DNA of 64,000 nucleotides from NCBI GenBank assembly GCA_963827235.1, contig CAWHAE010000005.1, forward strand, positions 1-64,000, given 5' to 3'. The notes beneath the pieces were generated by a model. That model did no database searches and had not been told where the DNA came from. It was given only the letters and a program-made list of their open reading frames with translations. Position numbers and translations under genes: made by a program. The stretch is from an uncultured bacterium. GTDB lineage: Bacteria; Chloroflexota; UBA5177; JANWHV01. Of the stretch, positions 21,317 through 31,605 are shown in pieces (position 1 is the stretch's first letter; each line of letters begins with the position of its first letter).

Positions 21317-22039
21317 ATGACCGGAGAGGAGTCGCAGATGCACACCGTGTTGATCGTCTTGGAGGGCACCGCGACCGACGACCGGATCATCGATCTGGCC
21401 GGGTTGCTGCTCGCCGATCGTGATCTCGAGATCGTATTGCTGCACGCCATCGCGGTTCCGCCGGCGACGAGCAGTGCGTGGCCCACGACCATCGTGATCG
21501 AAGGCTACGTCTCCGGCGAGGCCTGCGGTGCCGTGGTAGCGCCGCTGCGCAAGCGGCTGCAGGCGGGGCTCCGGTGCAGTTGCCACGAGGTGCCGCGACT
21601 GGTACCGCGCCACCTCATCCTCCGTGGCGGCCTGCCCGGCGTGGCGGAACGGTGCGGACTCGCGCAGCAGCGCCGAGACTCAATCGCCCGCCTTGGCACA
21701 TACGCCCGGCGCCTCGAGCGGCACGGCATCGACGGGGCGCGGATCACACGCGATTCCGCGATCGGCACGGTGACCGAGATCATCGGAGATGCAGCCGGGC
21801 ACTATCGTGCAGATTTGGTTGTGGTCGGCAGCCGTGACGCCGGCAGCATGCGGCACATCGTAGGTGAGGCATATCCCGCGCCGACGCCGCATTCTCCGGG
21901 CTACGCGGTGTTGGTTGTGCCGAGTGTCGATGGAACCGGCGCCGATGCAATGCAGCAGACGTACGAACACGACCGCCTCGTCATTGAGGGGGCGGCGACA
22001 GGCGCCCGCGCGTTGGCCGCGCCATCCGGCTTGTGGTGA
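21317..22039 (+). CDS. Universal stress protein-like
   Basis: TVLIVLEG..IVLLH and G..TEII..A..ADLVVVGSR..VLVVP; start may be ATG 21338. Confidence 0.65.
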   Translation: MTGEESQMHTVLIVLEGTATDDRIIDLAGLLLADRDLEIVLLHAIAVPPATSSAWPTTIVIEGYVSGEACGAVVAPLRKRLQAGLRCSCHEVPRLVPRHLILRGGLPGVAERCGLAQQRRDSIARLGTYARRLERHGIDGARITRDSAIGTVTEIIGDAAGHYRADLVVVGSRDAGSMRHIVGEAYPAPTPHSPGYAVLVVPSVDGTGADAMQQTYEHDRLVIEGAATGARALAAPSGLW

Positions 22040-22065
22040 ATGGACGGAGCCGTCGGTCCTGCTGC

Positions 22066-22108
22066 GATAACAAAAGTCACGGCAGCGATACTGCGTCTGG
22101 TGCAAAGT
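22066..22108 (+). promoter_or_regulatory. CRP/FNR-type box plus weak -10
   Basis: GATAA-CAAAAG-TCACG (22066-22081), 21 nt, CAAAGT. Confidence 0.55.
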
Positions 22109-22166
22109 GGGCACAGATAGACGGAGCCGCGATCAGGTTCGTGGTCTAGAGCGTGAGGAGATTCCG

Positions 22167-22310
22167 ATGCAGACACGGGACATGAGCGCAGCCGTGGACG
22201 GAGTAATCGCCTGTCTGCTGCTGGCTTCCACCGGCATGGCCGTCTGGATCCTTGGGGCGTACCTGCTCTCGCCGCACCAGGATCAGCGCTGCCTGCCCAA
22301 GAGATCATAA
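22167..22310 (+). CDS. Small single-TM protein (47 aa)
   Basis: RBS GAGGAG; hydrophobic stretch VIACLLLASTGMAVWILGAYLL. Confidence 0.5.
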   Translation: MQTRDMSAAVDGVIACLLLASTGMAVWILGAYLLSPHQDQRCLPKRS

Positions 22311-22391
22311 AGCCGCCCGTGCCGTGTGGGCCGTAGACAGCCGAGTCGACGGCCTTGCCTGCGGCAGACGAGCGGCACGAGGAGGCGACCG

Positions 22392-22880
22392 ATGAACAAT
22401 CATGCAACGATACCCCTATCAGTGGGACATAGTGCGTACGTCGAGCAGGTCAAGCAGCTCGTGGATGAGCATATGGAGCGACTCGAGGCGCTCCTGAGAC
22501 ACAGTGCCGCGTGCACGGATCCAACCGGCCGGCAGACAGTGGGTCTCCGCGTGGCGCGCGGCGCGCGTTGGCTCCGGCTGAGCGCCGGAGACAATGCACT
22601 GCTCTTTGACGTCGAAGTCAGCATTGACGTGCCTGAGGGCGCCAGTCGCGCGCTCTTCTTTCCCACCGGACCGGCTCGCTGTCTCGTACACGCATCCGAC
22701 AGCATCCTCGCGCGATGGGACTTGCGGCGCCTGTATCAGGAGAGTACCTCGCCGACCTACGCATGGATGGTGGCGCAGACAGAGACGCGTGTCGGTCCGG
22801 CAGAGATGGCGACCGTGGTCGCTCACGTGCTGGCCTGCCGGGCAGCGGAAGATCCTGTGGTCGCGTCCATACCGGCATGA
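22392..22880 (+). CDS. Hypothetical protein
   Basis: RBS GAGGAGG; 162-aa ORF with no recognised motif. Confidence 0.5.
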   Translation: MNNHATIPLSVGHSAYVEQVKQLVDEHMERLEALLRHSAACTDPTGRQTVGLRVARGARWLRLSAGDNALLFDVEVSIDVPEGASRALFFPTGPARCLVHASDSILARWDLRRLYQESTSPTYAWMVAQTETRVGPAEMATVVAHVLACRAAEDPVVASIPA

Positions 22881-22921
22881 CTGGTGGCTCGGGCGCTAGA
22901 TGTGGGAAAGGAACGACGACC

Positions 22922-23389
22922 ATGGAATCGCGGATCAACTATGGAGCGGTTGCCCCGGATGCAATACGGGTGATGGGCGCTGTAGGGGCCCATGCTCGTC
23001 ACAGCGGTCTTGAGTCTTCGCTTCTCGAGCTCGTGCGGCTACGCGCCTCGCAGATCAACGGCTGCGCCTACTGCATCGACATGCACACCAAGGACGCGCG
23101 CGCGGCCGGTGAGACCGAACAGCGCTTGTATGCGCTCTCCGCGTGGTATGAGACTCCATTCTACTCCGAGCGCGAGCGGGCAGCTCTCGCCTGGACCGAG
23201 GCCGTGACGCTGGTCGGCCAGGAGCACGTGCCAGATGCCGTGCATGAGCAGGCGCGCGCGCAGTTTGGCGAGAAGGAGCTCGTCGACCTCACCGTGGCGA
23301 TCATCGCCATCAACGGCTGGAACCGCCTGGCGATCGCCTTCCGCACGGTGCCCGGCACCTATCAACCGGCTGCCAGCAGGGCAGGGTAG
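22922..23389 (+). CDS. Carboxymuconolactone decarboxylase/AhpD-like protein
   Basis: RASQINGCAYCIDMH, INGWNR. Confidence 0.92.
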   Translation: MESRINYGAVAPDAIRVMGAVGAHARHSGLESSLLELVRLRASQINGCAYCIDMHTKDARAAGETEQRLYALSAWYETPFYSERERAALAWTEAVTLVGQEHVPDAVHEQARAQFGEKELVDLTVAIIAINGWNRLAIAFRTVPGTYQPAASRAG

Positions 23390-23624
23390 CGACCTTCTTC
23401 TGGGTCAGCGTCGGCGAATCACGAGGCGTAAACCGTTGCCGCGATTCAGGTGACGGGGGGACGGGGGCGATCAGGGCCTGTTCGTGAGCGCTGGGTGCGA
23501 CGAGCGGCGCCCGATGATGCCGACCACGAGAGCTCCATGCGCCGGGATACGGTATGTTCGTGCGCGGAGTTTGCGCGAGCGCAATGCGCTAGGCAGATGT
23601 GGGCGACTCGAAAGGGGCGGGCAC

Positions 23625-24161
23625 ATGGGTAAAGTATTCGAGGAGATCGACGACGTGCTCGCGACGTTCATCCGCCGCCAGCACGTATTCTTCGTCGGGA
23701 CCGCCCCGACCAGCCCCGGAGGTCACGTGGATGTCTCTCCAAAGGGCCTCGACACCTTTCGCATCCTCGGTCCGCGAGCGGTGGCGTATCTCGACCTAAC
23801 GGGAAGCGGTATTGAGACTGCGGCGCACCTGAACGACAATGGTCGTGTCACCGTGATGTTCTGCGCGTTCGACGGGCCACCCAAGATCGTGCGACTCTAC
23901 GGTCGCGGCTCTGTGGTGCGGCCGGGGCAGGGCGAGTTTGCGCCGCTCATTGCTCAATTTCCGGAGTATCCCGGGGTGCGGGCCATTGTCCGGATCGATC
24001 TCGATCGCATCGCCGGCTCCTGCGGCTTCGGCGTGCCTTGGCTACAGTACCAGGGCGACCGCAATCAGATGATTGATTGGGCAGAGCATAAGGGTGCGCA
24101 GGGACTCGCGACCTATCAGAAGGACCACAACCGCAGCATAGATGGCTTGACCGGGCTCTGA
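23625..24161 (+). CDS. Pyridoxamine 5'-phosphate oxidase-like FMN-binding protein
   Basis: FFVGTA..VSPKG, YLDLTGSG.ET.AH, MFCAF, SCGFGVP. Confidence 0.88.
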   Translation: MGKVFEEIDDVLATFIRRQHVFFVGTAPTSPGGHVDVSPKGLDTFRILGPRAVAYLDLTGSGIETAAHLNDNGRVTVMFCAFDGPPKIVRLYGRGSVVRPGQGEFAPLIAQFPEYPGVRAIVRIDLDRIAGSCGFGVPWLQYQGDRNQMIDWAEHKGAQGLATYQKDHNRSIDGLTGL

Positions 24162-24230
24162 ATCCCGGCCGATGGCCTGTGCGGGGTTGACTGCGCCCCG
24201 CTCAATCGGACCACTATTGTGCCGAAGCCA

Positions 24231-24510
24231 GCCGAGCTGCGGCTGTATGCATTGGCGGCGTGGCGCGGGGCACCCTTCTACTAAGAGCGCGAACGGGCGA
24301 CCCTAGCCTGGACCGAGGCCGTGACGCTGATCAGCCACAATCACGTCCCGGACGCCGCGTATGAGCAGGCTAGGGCATAGTTCGGGGAGAACGAGCGCGT
24401 CGACCTGACCATGGCGGTCAGTGCCATCCATACCTGGAATCGCTTGGCGATCGCCTTCCGCACGGTTCCCGGCACTTATCGACCGGCTGCCACCAGGGCA
24501 GATTCGCGAC
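24231..24510 (+). pseudogene. Degenerate copy of the 3' half of the CMD gene
   Basis: Clear nucleotide similarity to ~23115-23395 (e.g. CCTGGACCGAGGCCGTGACGCTG, TGGCGATCGCCTTCCGCACGGT) with internal stops and no 5' half. Confidence 0.85.
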
Positions 24511-24580
24511 CATCTCCTGAGCTGGACCCGGCGAATGGTGCGACTTGACCGGTCGCGATTCGAGTGACGCGATAGTCTGC

Positions 24581-24624
24581 CGTGACAAAAGTCATGGTGC
24601 GCGTACGTCTCACCCCTGCACGAT
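24581..24624 (+). promoter_or_regulatory. CRP/FNR-type box upstream of narG
   Basis: CGTGA-CAAAAG-TCATG (24581-24596), 22 nt, CACGAT. Confidence 0.65.
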
Positions 24625-24926
24625 GGTACCGTGCTTGCCTGGCATGCTGCTGTTCTGGGCTGCGGCGCGCACGGTCGATTCATGCAGCGGGTATTCATGT
24701 TCGCGCCCTGCATGCTGTGTTCAGGCAGGCCGCAGGACGACCCCGCCGAGACAGTGGTTGCCGCCGCCGTTGCGTTGGAAAGTTAACACAGACTATTCTA
24801 CTCTGACCGAGAAGGGAACGATCTTTTGCGCGTGCTGCGACAGTTCCAGGTGAAGCACGAACACGTGGTGAACCCCTCCCAGCATCTCGCTCGTCGTGCC
24901 GCACCCGCGCGGAGCCGGAGCGCCGC

Positions 24927-27900
24927 ATGAGCGATAACCAAAACCCCTTACTCCGGGTGCACCAGTTCTTCCGCCAGGGGCCCGTCTCCGCCGAGGGCTG
25001 GAGCCAGCTCGTGGCCAAGGATCGCGACTGGGAGTCGTCGTACCGTGAGCGCTGGCAGCACGACAAGATCGTGCGCTCCACGCACGGCGTCAATTGCACC
25101 GGCTCCTGCTCGTGGAAGGTCTACGTCAAGGACGGCATCATCACCTGGGAGACCCAGCAGACCGACTACCCCTCGGTCGGCCCGGACATGCCCGAGTACG
25201 AGCCGCGCGGCTGCCCGCGCGGCGCCTCGTTCTCCTGGTACACCTACTCGCCGCTCCGGCTCAAGTACCCCTACGTGCGCGGCAGCTTGCTCGAGCTGTA
25301 CCGCGACGCGCTCAAGCGCCACGGCGATCCCGGTCGATGGCCTGGGCCGAGATCGTGGAGGACCCGGAGAAGGCGCGCCTGTACAAGTCGCCAGCGCGGC
25401 AAGGGCGGCTTCGTCCGCGCCACGTGGGAGGAGGCGGCGGAGCTGATCGCGGCCGCGCACGTCTACACGATCAAGCGCTACGGGCCGGACCGCGTGGCGG
25501 GCTTCTCGCCCATTCCGGCCATGTCCATGGTCTCGTATGCGGCCGGCACGCGCTTCCTCTCGCTGATCGGCGGCGTCATCCTCAGCTTCTACGACTGGTA
25601 CGCCGACCTGCCGCCCGCCTCGCCCCAGGTCTGGGGCGACCAGACCGACGTGCCGGAATCGGGCGACTGGTGGAACGCCGGCTACCTGATCATCTGGGGC
25701 ACGAACCTGCCGATCACGCGCACGCCCGACGCGCACTTCATGACCGAGGCGCGCTACCGCGGGCAGAAGGTGGTCGTGGTCTCGCCCGACTACTCGGACC
25801 ACACCAAGTTCGCCGACCACTGGCTGCCGGCCCAGCCGGGCACCGACGGCGCGCTGGCCATGGCCATGGGCCACGTGATCCTCAAGGAGTTCTACGTCGA
25901 CCGCCAGGTCCCCTACTTCCAGGACTACGCGCGGCGGTTCACCGATCTGCCGCTGCTCGTCACCCTGCGCGAGCGCGAGGACGCCTATCGTGCCCGACCG
26001 GTTCCTCCGCGCCGTCGGATCTGGGCGACGACGGCGGAGCATGCCGACTGGAAGACCGTCGTGTTCGACGCGGCGACGGGCGCGCCCGCCGTGCCCAACG
26101 GCGCCATCGGCTTCCGCTACGGCGACGCCGGGCATCGGCAAGTGGAACCTGGACCTGGGCGGCATCGAGCCGGTGCTGACCCTGTTCGGGCGAGCCGGCG
26201 ACAGCGGTGGCGGTGGACTTGCCCCGCTTCGACGTCGGTACGACCGAGGGCGGCGGCAGCGTGCGGCGCGGCGTGCCGGTCATGCGGATCGGCGGACCAC
26301 CTCGTGACGACGGTCTTCGATCTGCGTGCTGGCGCAGTACGGCGTGGCGTCGCGACGGGCTGCCGGGCGACGTGGCCGGCCGACTACGACGACCCGCAGC
26401 CCTACACGCCGGCCTGGCAGGAGCCGATCACCTCGGTCGACGCGCACCTGGCAGCGCGCATCGCGCGGGAGTTCGCCGCACAACGCCGAGCTGACCGAAT
26501 GGTCGGTCGATGATCTGCATGGGCGCGGGCACCAACCACTGGTTCCACTCCGACCAGATCTACCGCGCCTTCCTCAGTCTGCTGCTCGCTCTGCGGCTGC
26601 GAGGGCGTCAACGGCGGCGGCTGGGCGCACTACGTGGGCCAGGAGAAGGTGCGGCCGTTGACCGGCTGGCAGACGCATCGCCTTCGCCCTCGACTGGACG
26701 CGCCCGCCGCGACAGCAGGCCGGCACGCCGTTCTGGTATCTCGCCACCGACCAGTGGCGCTACGAGGCTTCACGGTCGAAGAGCTGGCCTCGCCGCTCGG
26801 CCGCGGCCTGTTCCGCGGCAAGCAGTTCGTGGACGCCAATGCGCAGGCGGCACGGCTCGGCTGGACGCCGTCCTATCCCACCTTCAATCGCAACCCGCTC
26901 GAGCTGGCCGACGAGGCCGAGCAGGAGGGCATCGACGTCGGCCGACGTATGTCGCCGCGCGAGCTGCAGGAAGGGCGGCTGCGCTTCGCCGCCGAGGATC
27001 CCGATGCACCGGAGAACTTCCCGCGCGTGCTCACCGTCTGGCGGGCGAACCTGCTGGGCTCCTCGGGCAAGGGGCACGAGTACTTCCTACGCCATCTGCT
27101 CGGCGCCGACGGACGGCCGTCCGGGCCGCAGGAGACGCCGCCGGACGTGCGCCCGAGCGAGGTGGTCTGGCGCGATCGAGGCGCCGGAGGGCAAGCTCGA
27201 CCTGCTCACGACCATCGACTTCCGCATGACCAGCAACTGCCTGTTCTCGGACGTGGTGCTGCCCGCGGCGACCTGGTACGAGAAGTACGACCTCTCCTCG
27301 CACCGACATGCACCCGTTCGTGCACGCCTTCAACCCGGCCATTCTGCCCCGCCGTGGGAGGCGCAAGACCGACTGGGACGCGTTCATCCGCATCGCCGAG
27401 GCGTTCTCCCGGCTCGCCGCCACCCACCTGGGCGTGCGACACGACCTGGTCGCGGCGCCGCTGCTCCACGACACGCCGGACGAGATCGCCCAGCCCTTCG
27501 GCGAGGTGCGCGACTGGAAGGCGGGCGAGTGCGAGCCGATACCCGGGACAGACCATGCCGAAGCTCGTCGTGGTCGAGCGCGACTACGGCGCCGTGGCGG
27601 ACAAGATGACGGCGCTCGGGCCGCTGCGTGGAACAGCTCGGGCACGCGCGACAAGGGCGTCGCGCTGGAAGCCCGACGACGAGGTGGACTACCTGCGGCG
27701 GCGGAACGGCGCGGTCCGCGGCGGCGTCGCCGACGGGCGGCCGTGCGCTGGCCGCGCCGAGCACGCCTGCGAGGCGATCCTCGCCCTGTCGGGCACGACG
27801 AACGGCCGGCTGGCGCGTCGCGGGCTTCCAGGCGCTCGAAGCGCGCACCGGCGTGCAGCTCGCGGACCTCGCCGAGCGACGCACGAGGGCGAGCGGATCA

Positions 27901-28632
27901 CCTTCGCCGACACCCAAACCAGCCGCGCACGGTGATCACCTCGCCCGAGTGGTCGGGCATCGAGGCGCAGGCCGGCGCTACTCGCCCTTCACGATCAACG
28001 TCGAGCGGCTCAAGCCCTGGCACACCCTGAGCGGGCGCCAGCACTTCTACCTCGACCACGCCTGGATGCTCGAGCTCGGCGAGCGGCTGCCGGCCTACCG
28101 GCCGCCGCTCGACAGTATCGTCGCCACTTCGGCGAGCCAGAGGCTCGGCGAGGAGGGCCGTGCTCGAGGTCACGGTGCGCTACCTGACGCCGCACTCGAA
28201 GTGGTCGATCCACTCCGAGTACCAGGACAACCTGCACATGCTGACTCTGTTCCGGGGCGGACCGGTGATCTGGCTGAGCCGTCGAGGACGCGGAGACGCA
28301 TCGGCGTCGCGGACAACGACTGGATCGAGGCCTTCAACCGCAACGGCGTCGTCGCCTGCCGCGCCGTCGTCACCCACCGGATGCCCGAGGGCGTCGTGCT
28401 ACATGTACCACGCCAAGGACCGCCACGATCGAACGTGCCGCTCGACGCGAGCTGAGCGGCAACCGCGGCGGCACCACAACTCGCTGACGCGCATCGTCTG
28501 ATGAAGCCGACTCACCTGATCGGCGGCTACGCCCAGCTCTCCTACGGCTTCAACTACTACGGCCCCACCGGCAATCGCAGCGCGACGAGATCACGGTCAT
28601 CCGCAAGCGCCTGACAGGAGGTCGAGTACTGA
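24927..28632 (+). CDS. narG: Respiratory nitrate reductase alpha subunit; many apparent frameshifts
   Basis: [39 protein letters not shown] and C-terminal [11 protein letters not shown] across shifting frames; no Tat signal seen. Confidence 0.95.
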
Positions 28633-30241
28633 TGCTGCGTGCATGGCCCAGGTGGGCATGGTGATGAATCTCGACAAGTGCATCGGCTGCCACACCTGCG
28701 CGTCACCTGCAAGCAGGTGTGGACCAACCGGGCGCGGCGCCGAGTACATGTGGTTCAACAACGTGGAGACCAAGCCCGGGTCAGGGCTACCCGCGCACGC
28801 TGGGAGGACCAGGAGCAGTGGAAGGGCGGCTGGGAGCTCGACCGGCGAGGGCCGGCTGCGCCTGCAAGGCGGGCGGCCGCTGCGGAAGCTGCTCAACATC
28901 TTCTGCAACCCGGAGCTGCCCGACGCTCGACGACTACTACGAGCCGTGGACGTACGACTACGAGACGCTGATCAGCGCGCCGCTGCTCAGCAGCACGATC
29001 CCGTGGCGCGCCCGAGATCGCAGCTCACCGGCGAGCCGATGCAGATGCAAGTGGGGGCCGAACTGGGAGGACGACCTGGCGCGGCGCCCCCGAGCACGCC
29101 GTGCACGACCCGAACCTCGAGCAGGCTCGAGGAGCAGGTCTCGCCTGGAGTACGAGCAGGCCTTCATGTTCTACCTGCCGCGCATCTGCGAGCACTGCCT
29201 CAACCCGTCCTGCGTCGCCTCCTGCCCGTCGGGCGCCATGTACAAGCGCGAGGAGGACGGCATCGTGCTGGTCGACCAGGACAAGTGCCGCGGCTGGCGG
29301 ATGTGCGTCTCCGGCTGCCCGTACAAGAAGGTCTACTTCAACCACCGCACCGGCAAGGCCGAGAAGTGCACGTTCTGCTATCCGCGCATCGAGGCCGGGC
29401 AGCCCACGGTGTGCTCCGAGACCTGCGTCGGACGGCTTCGCTACATCGGGCTCGTCCTCTACGACGCCGACCGCGTGCAAGGAGGCCGCGTCCGTCGCCC
29501 GATCCGACAGCATCTGCTCGATGCGCAGCTGGGCGTCTTTCTGGACCCCCACGACCCGGCGGTGCTGGCGGCAGGCGCGCCGCGACGGCATCGCCGAGGA
29601 CTGGATCGAAGCGGCGCGGCGCTCGCCGGTCTACGCGCTGGCCATGCGCTACCGGGTCGCGCTGCCGCTGCACCCCGAGTTCCGCACCCTGCCGATGGTC
29701 TGGTACGTGCCGCCGCTCTCGCCGGTGGTGAGCGCGCTCGAGGAGCAGCGGCATCGACGGCCGACCCGGACGACGTCTTCCCCGCCATCGAGAGCTGCGC
29801 ATCCCCGTCGAGTACCTGGCCGAATCTGCTCGCCGCCGGCGACGCCGAGGTGATCCGCGTGGTGCTGCAAGCGGCTGGCGGCGATGCGCGCCTACATGCG
29901 GCGGAAAGAAGTCAACAAGCAGGTCGATCAGCAAGGTGCCGAGCGCGGTCGGCATGACCGTCGAGGAGATCGAGGCGCTGTACCGGCTTCTCGCGATCGC
30001 CAAGTATGAGGATCGCTACGTCATGCCGCCGGCCCATACTGAGCTCGCCGGCCGCTTGCTCGAGCAGCAGGGAGGTTGCGGTCTCGATTTCGCCGGCGGG
30101 CCCGGCAACTGCGGCGCCATTCCGCCACCCAGTCGCGAGAGCAAGCGAACGGACAACGGGAAGTTCATGCTGCTGAAGATGGCACCCTCCGGCGGCGCAA
30201 GCCAGTCTGGCGAGGATGGTCAGCAAGGCAAGCCATCCTGA
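28632..30241 (+). CDS. narH: Respiratory nitrate reductase beta subunit; many apparent frameshifts
   Basis: MNLDKCIGCHTC, WFNNVETKPG, CEHCLNPSC..CP, CRGWRMC..CPY, CTFCYPR..C..C. Confidence 0.95.
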
Positions 30242-30250
30242 GGAGTGCAT

Positions 30251-30907
30251 ATGCTACGTCGCGCCCGTGGTGCCAATGCCGAGCAGACCCGGCTGCTGTA
30301 CAAGCTGTTCTCTATTCTGCTGCGCTACCCCGGCGATCGCCTCTGCGCCGCACGCAGCGAGATCCTTGACGCCGTGAGGTCCCTTCCCGCCTCGCCGCGC
30401 AGAGTGGCGCTCGAGCGCTTCTGCGCTTACTGGGCGCATGCGCCGGCCACTGCGCTGGCACAGGCCTACGTCGAGACCTTCGACCTGCACAAGCGCGCGG
30501 GCCTCTATCTCAGCTACTACCTCTACGGCGACACGCGCAAGCGCGGCATGGCCCTGCTGCGCCTCAAGCGCCTCTACCGCTTGGCCGGGCTGATCCTGGA
30601 GGATGGCGAGCTACCCGACTACCTGCCGGTGATGCTCGAGTTCGCCGCCGGCGCACCGCCGGGAGCCGGCGAGCACGTGCTGGCCGAGTACCAGGCGGCG
30701 CTGGCGCTCGTTCACCGCAGCTTGCAGGAGATGGAGAGCCCCTATGCCCACCTGCTCGGCGCCGTCCGGGGCAGCCTGCCGGGGCTCACGACGCGACAAC
30801 GTCAGCGCGTGCAGGAGCTCATCGTGCATGGACCGCCTGCCGAGCAGGTCGGACTTGCACCCTACGGGCCACCGGAAGCCATGCCGGTTGAGGAAGCCGT
30901 GCGATGA
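30251..30907 (+). CDS. narJ: Nitrate reductase molybdenum cofactor assembly chaperone
   Basis: YVETFD, GDTRKRG, ELPDYLP.MLEF. Confidence 0.93.
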   Translation: MLRRARGANAEQTRLLYKLFSILLRYPGDRLCAARSEILDAVRSLPASPRRVALERFCAYWAHAPATALAQAYVETFDLHKRAGLYLSYYLYGDTRKRGMALLRLKRLYRLAGLILEDGELPDYLPVMLEFAAGAPPGAGEHVLAEYQAALALVHRSLQEMESPYAHLLGAVRGSLPGLTTRQRQRVQELIVHGPPAEQVGLAPYGPPEAMPVEEAVR

Positions 30908-31599
30908 AGGCGTCGGATCTCTTCCTGTGGATCGTATTGCCGTATGTATCCGTCGCCATCTTCGTCGTGGGCCACGTCTGGCGCTACCGCCGCGACCAGT
31001 TCGGCTGGACCAGCCGCTCGACCCAGATCCTGGAGCGCCGTCTGCTGGCGTGGGGCAGCATCCTCTTCCACTACGGGGCGCTGGCGGCGATAGCCGGACA
31101 CGTGCTGGGCATCCTTGTTCCAGAACAGACCACGGCGGCGATCGGCGTCACTGAAAGCGAATACCATGCCCTCTCGGCCACGGCGGGCGGCGGTGCCGGC
31201 ATCACCTGCGTGGTGGGCCTCGCCATACTGATCTACCGCCGCACGCTCATCCGGCGCGTGCGCGTGACCACGTCGCCGACCGACGTCGTGGCCTTCGTGC
31301 TGCTGGCGGTCGTCATCGGGCTGGGCATTGGCGAGACGCTGGGTGTGAACGCCTTCGGTGGCGGCTACGACTACCGCCCGACGCTGGGCGTGTGGTTCCG
31401 GGGTCTCTTCTTCTTCCAGCCGCATCCCGAGCTGATGGAAGCGGCACCGTTCGTGTACAAGGTGCATGCCACGGCGGCCTGGCTGCTCTACCTGCTCTGG
31501 CCCTTCAGCCGGCTGGTGCACGCCTGGAGCTACCCCATCCAGTATCTGGGGCGGCCATACGTGCTCTATCGCCGTCGCTACGCGCGAGCACGCGCCTGA
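30904..31599 (+). CDS. narI: Nitrate reductase gamma subunit (cytochrome b)
   Basis: WTSRS, LFHYG..GH, KVH, PFSRLVH. Confidence 0.95.
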   Translation: MKASDLFLWIVLPYVSVAIFVVGHVWRYRRDQFGWTSRSTQILERRLLAWGSILFHYGALAAIAGHVLGILVPEQTTAAIGVTESEYHALSATAGGGAGITCVVGLAILIYRRTLIRRVRVTTSPTDVVAFVLLAVVIGLGIGETLGVNAFGGGYDYRPTLGVWFRGLFFFQPHPELMEAAPFVYKVHATAAWLLYLLWPFSRLVHAWSYPIQYLGRPYVLYRRRYARARA

Positions 31600-31605
31600 C
31601 AAACC

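Noticed and set aside
24772-24792. Rex-like site (TTGGAAAGTTAACACA) upstream of narG
   Set aside because: Too many mismatches to TTGTGAA-N4-TTCACAA to support.
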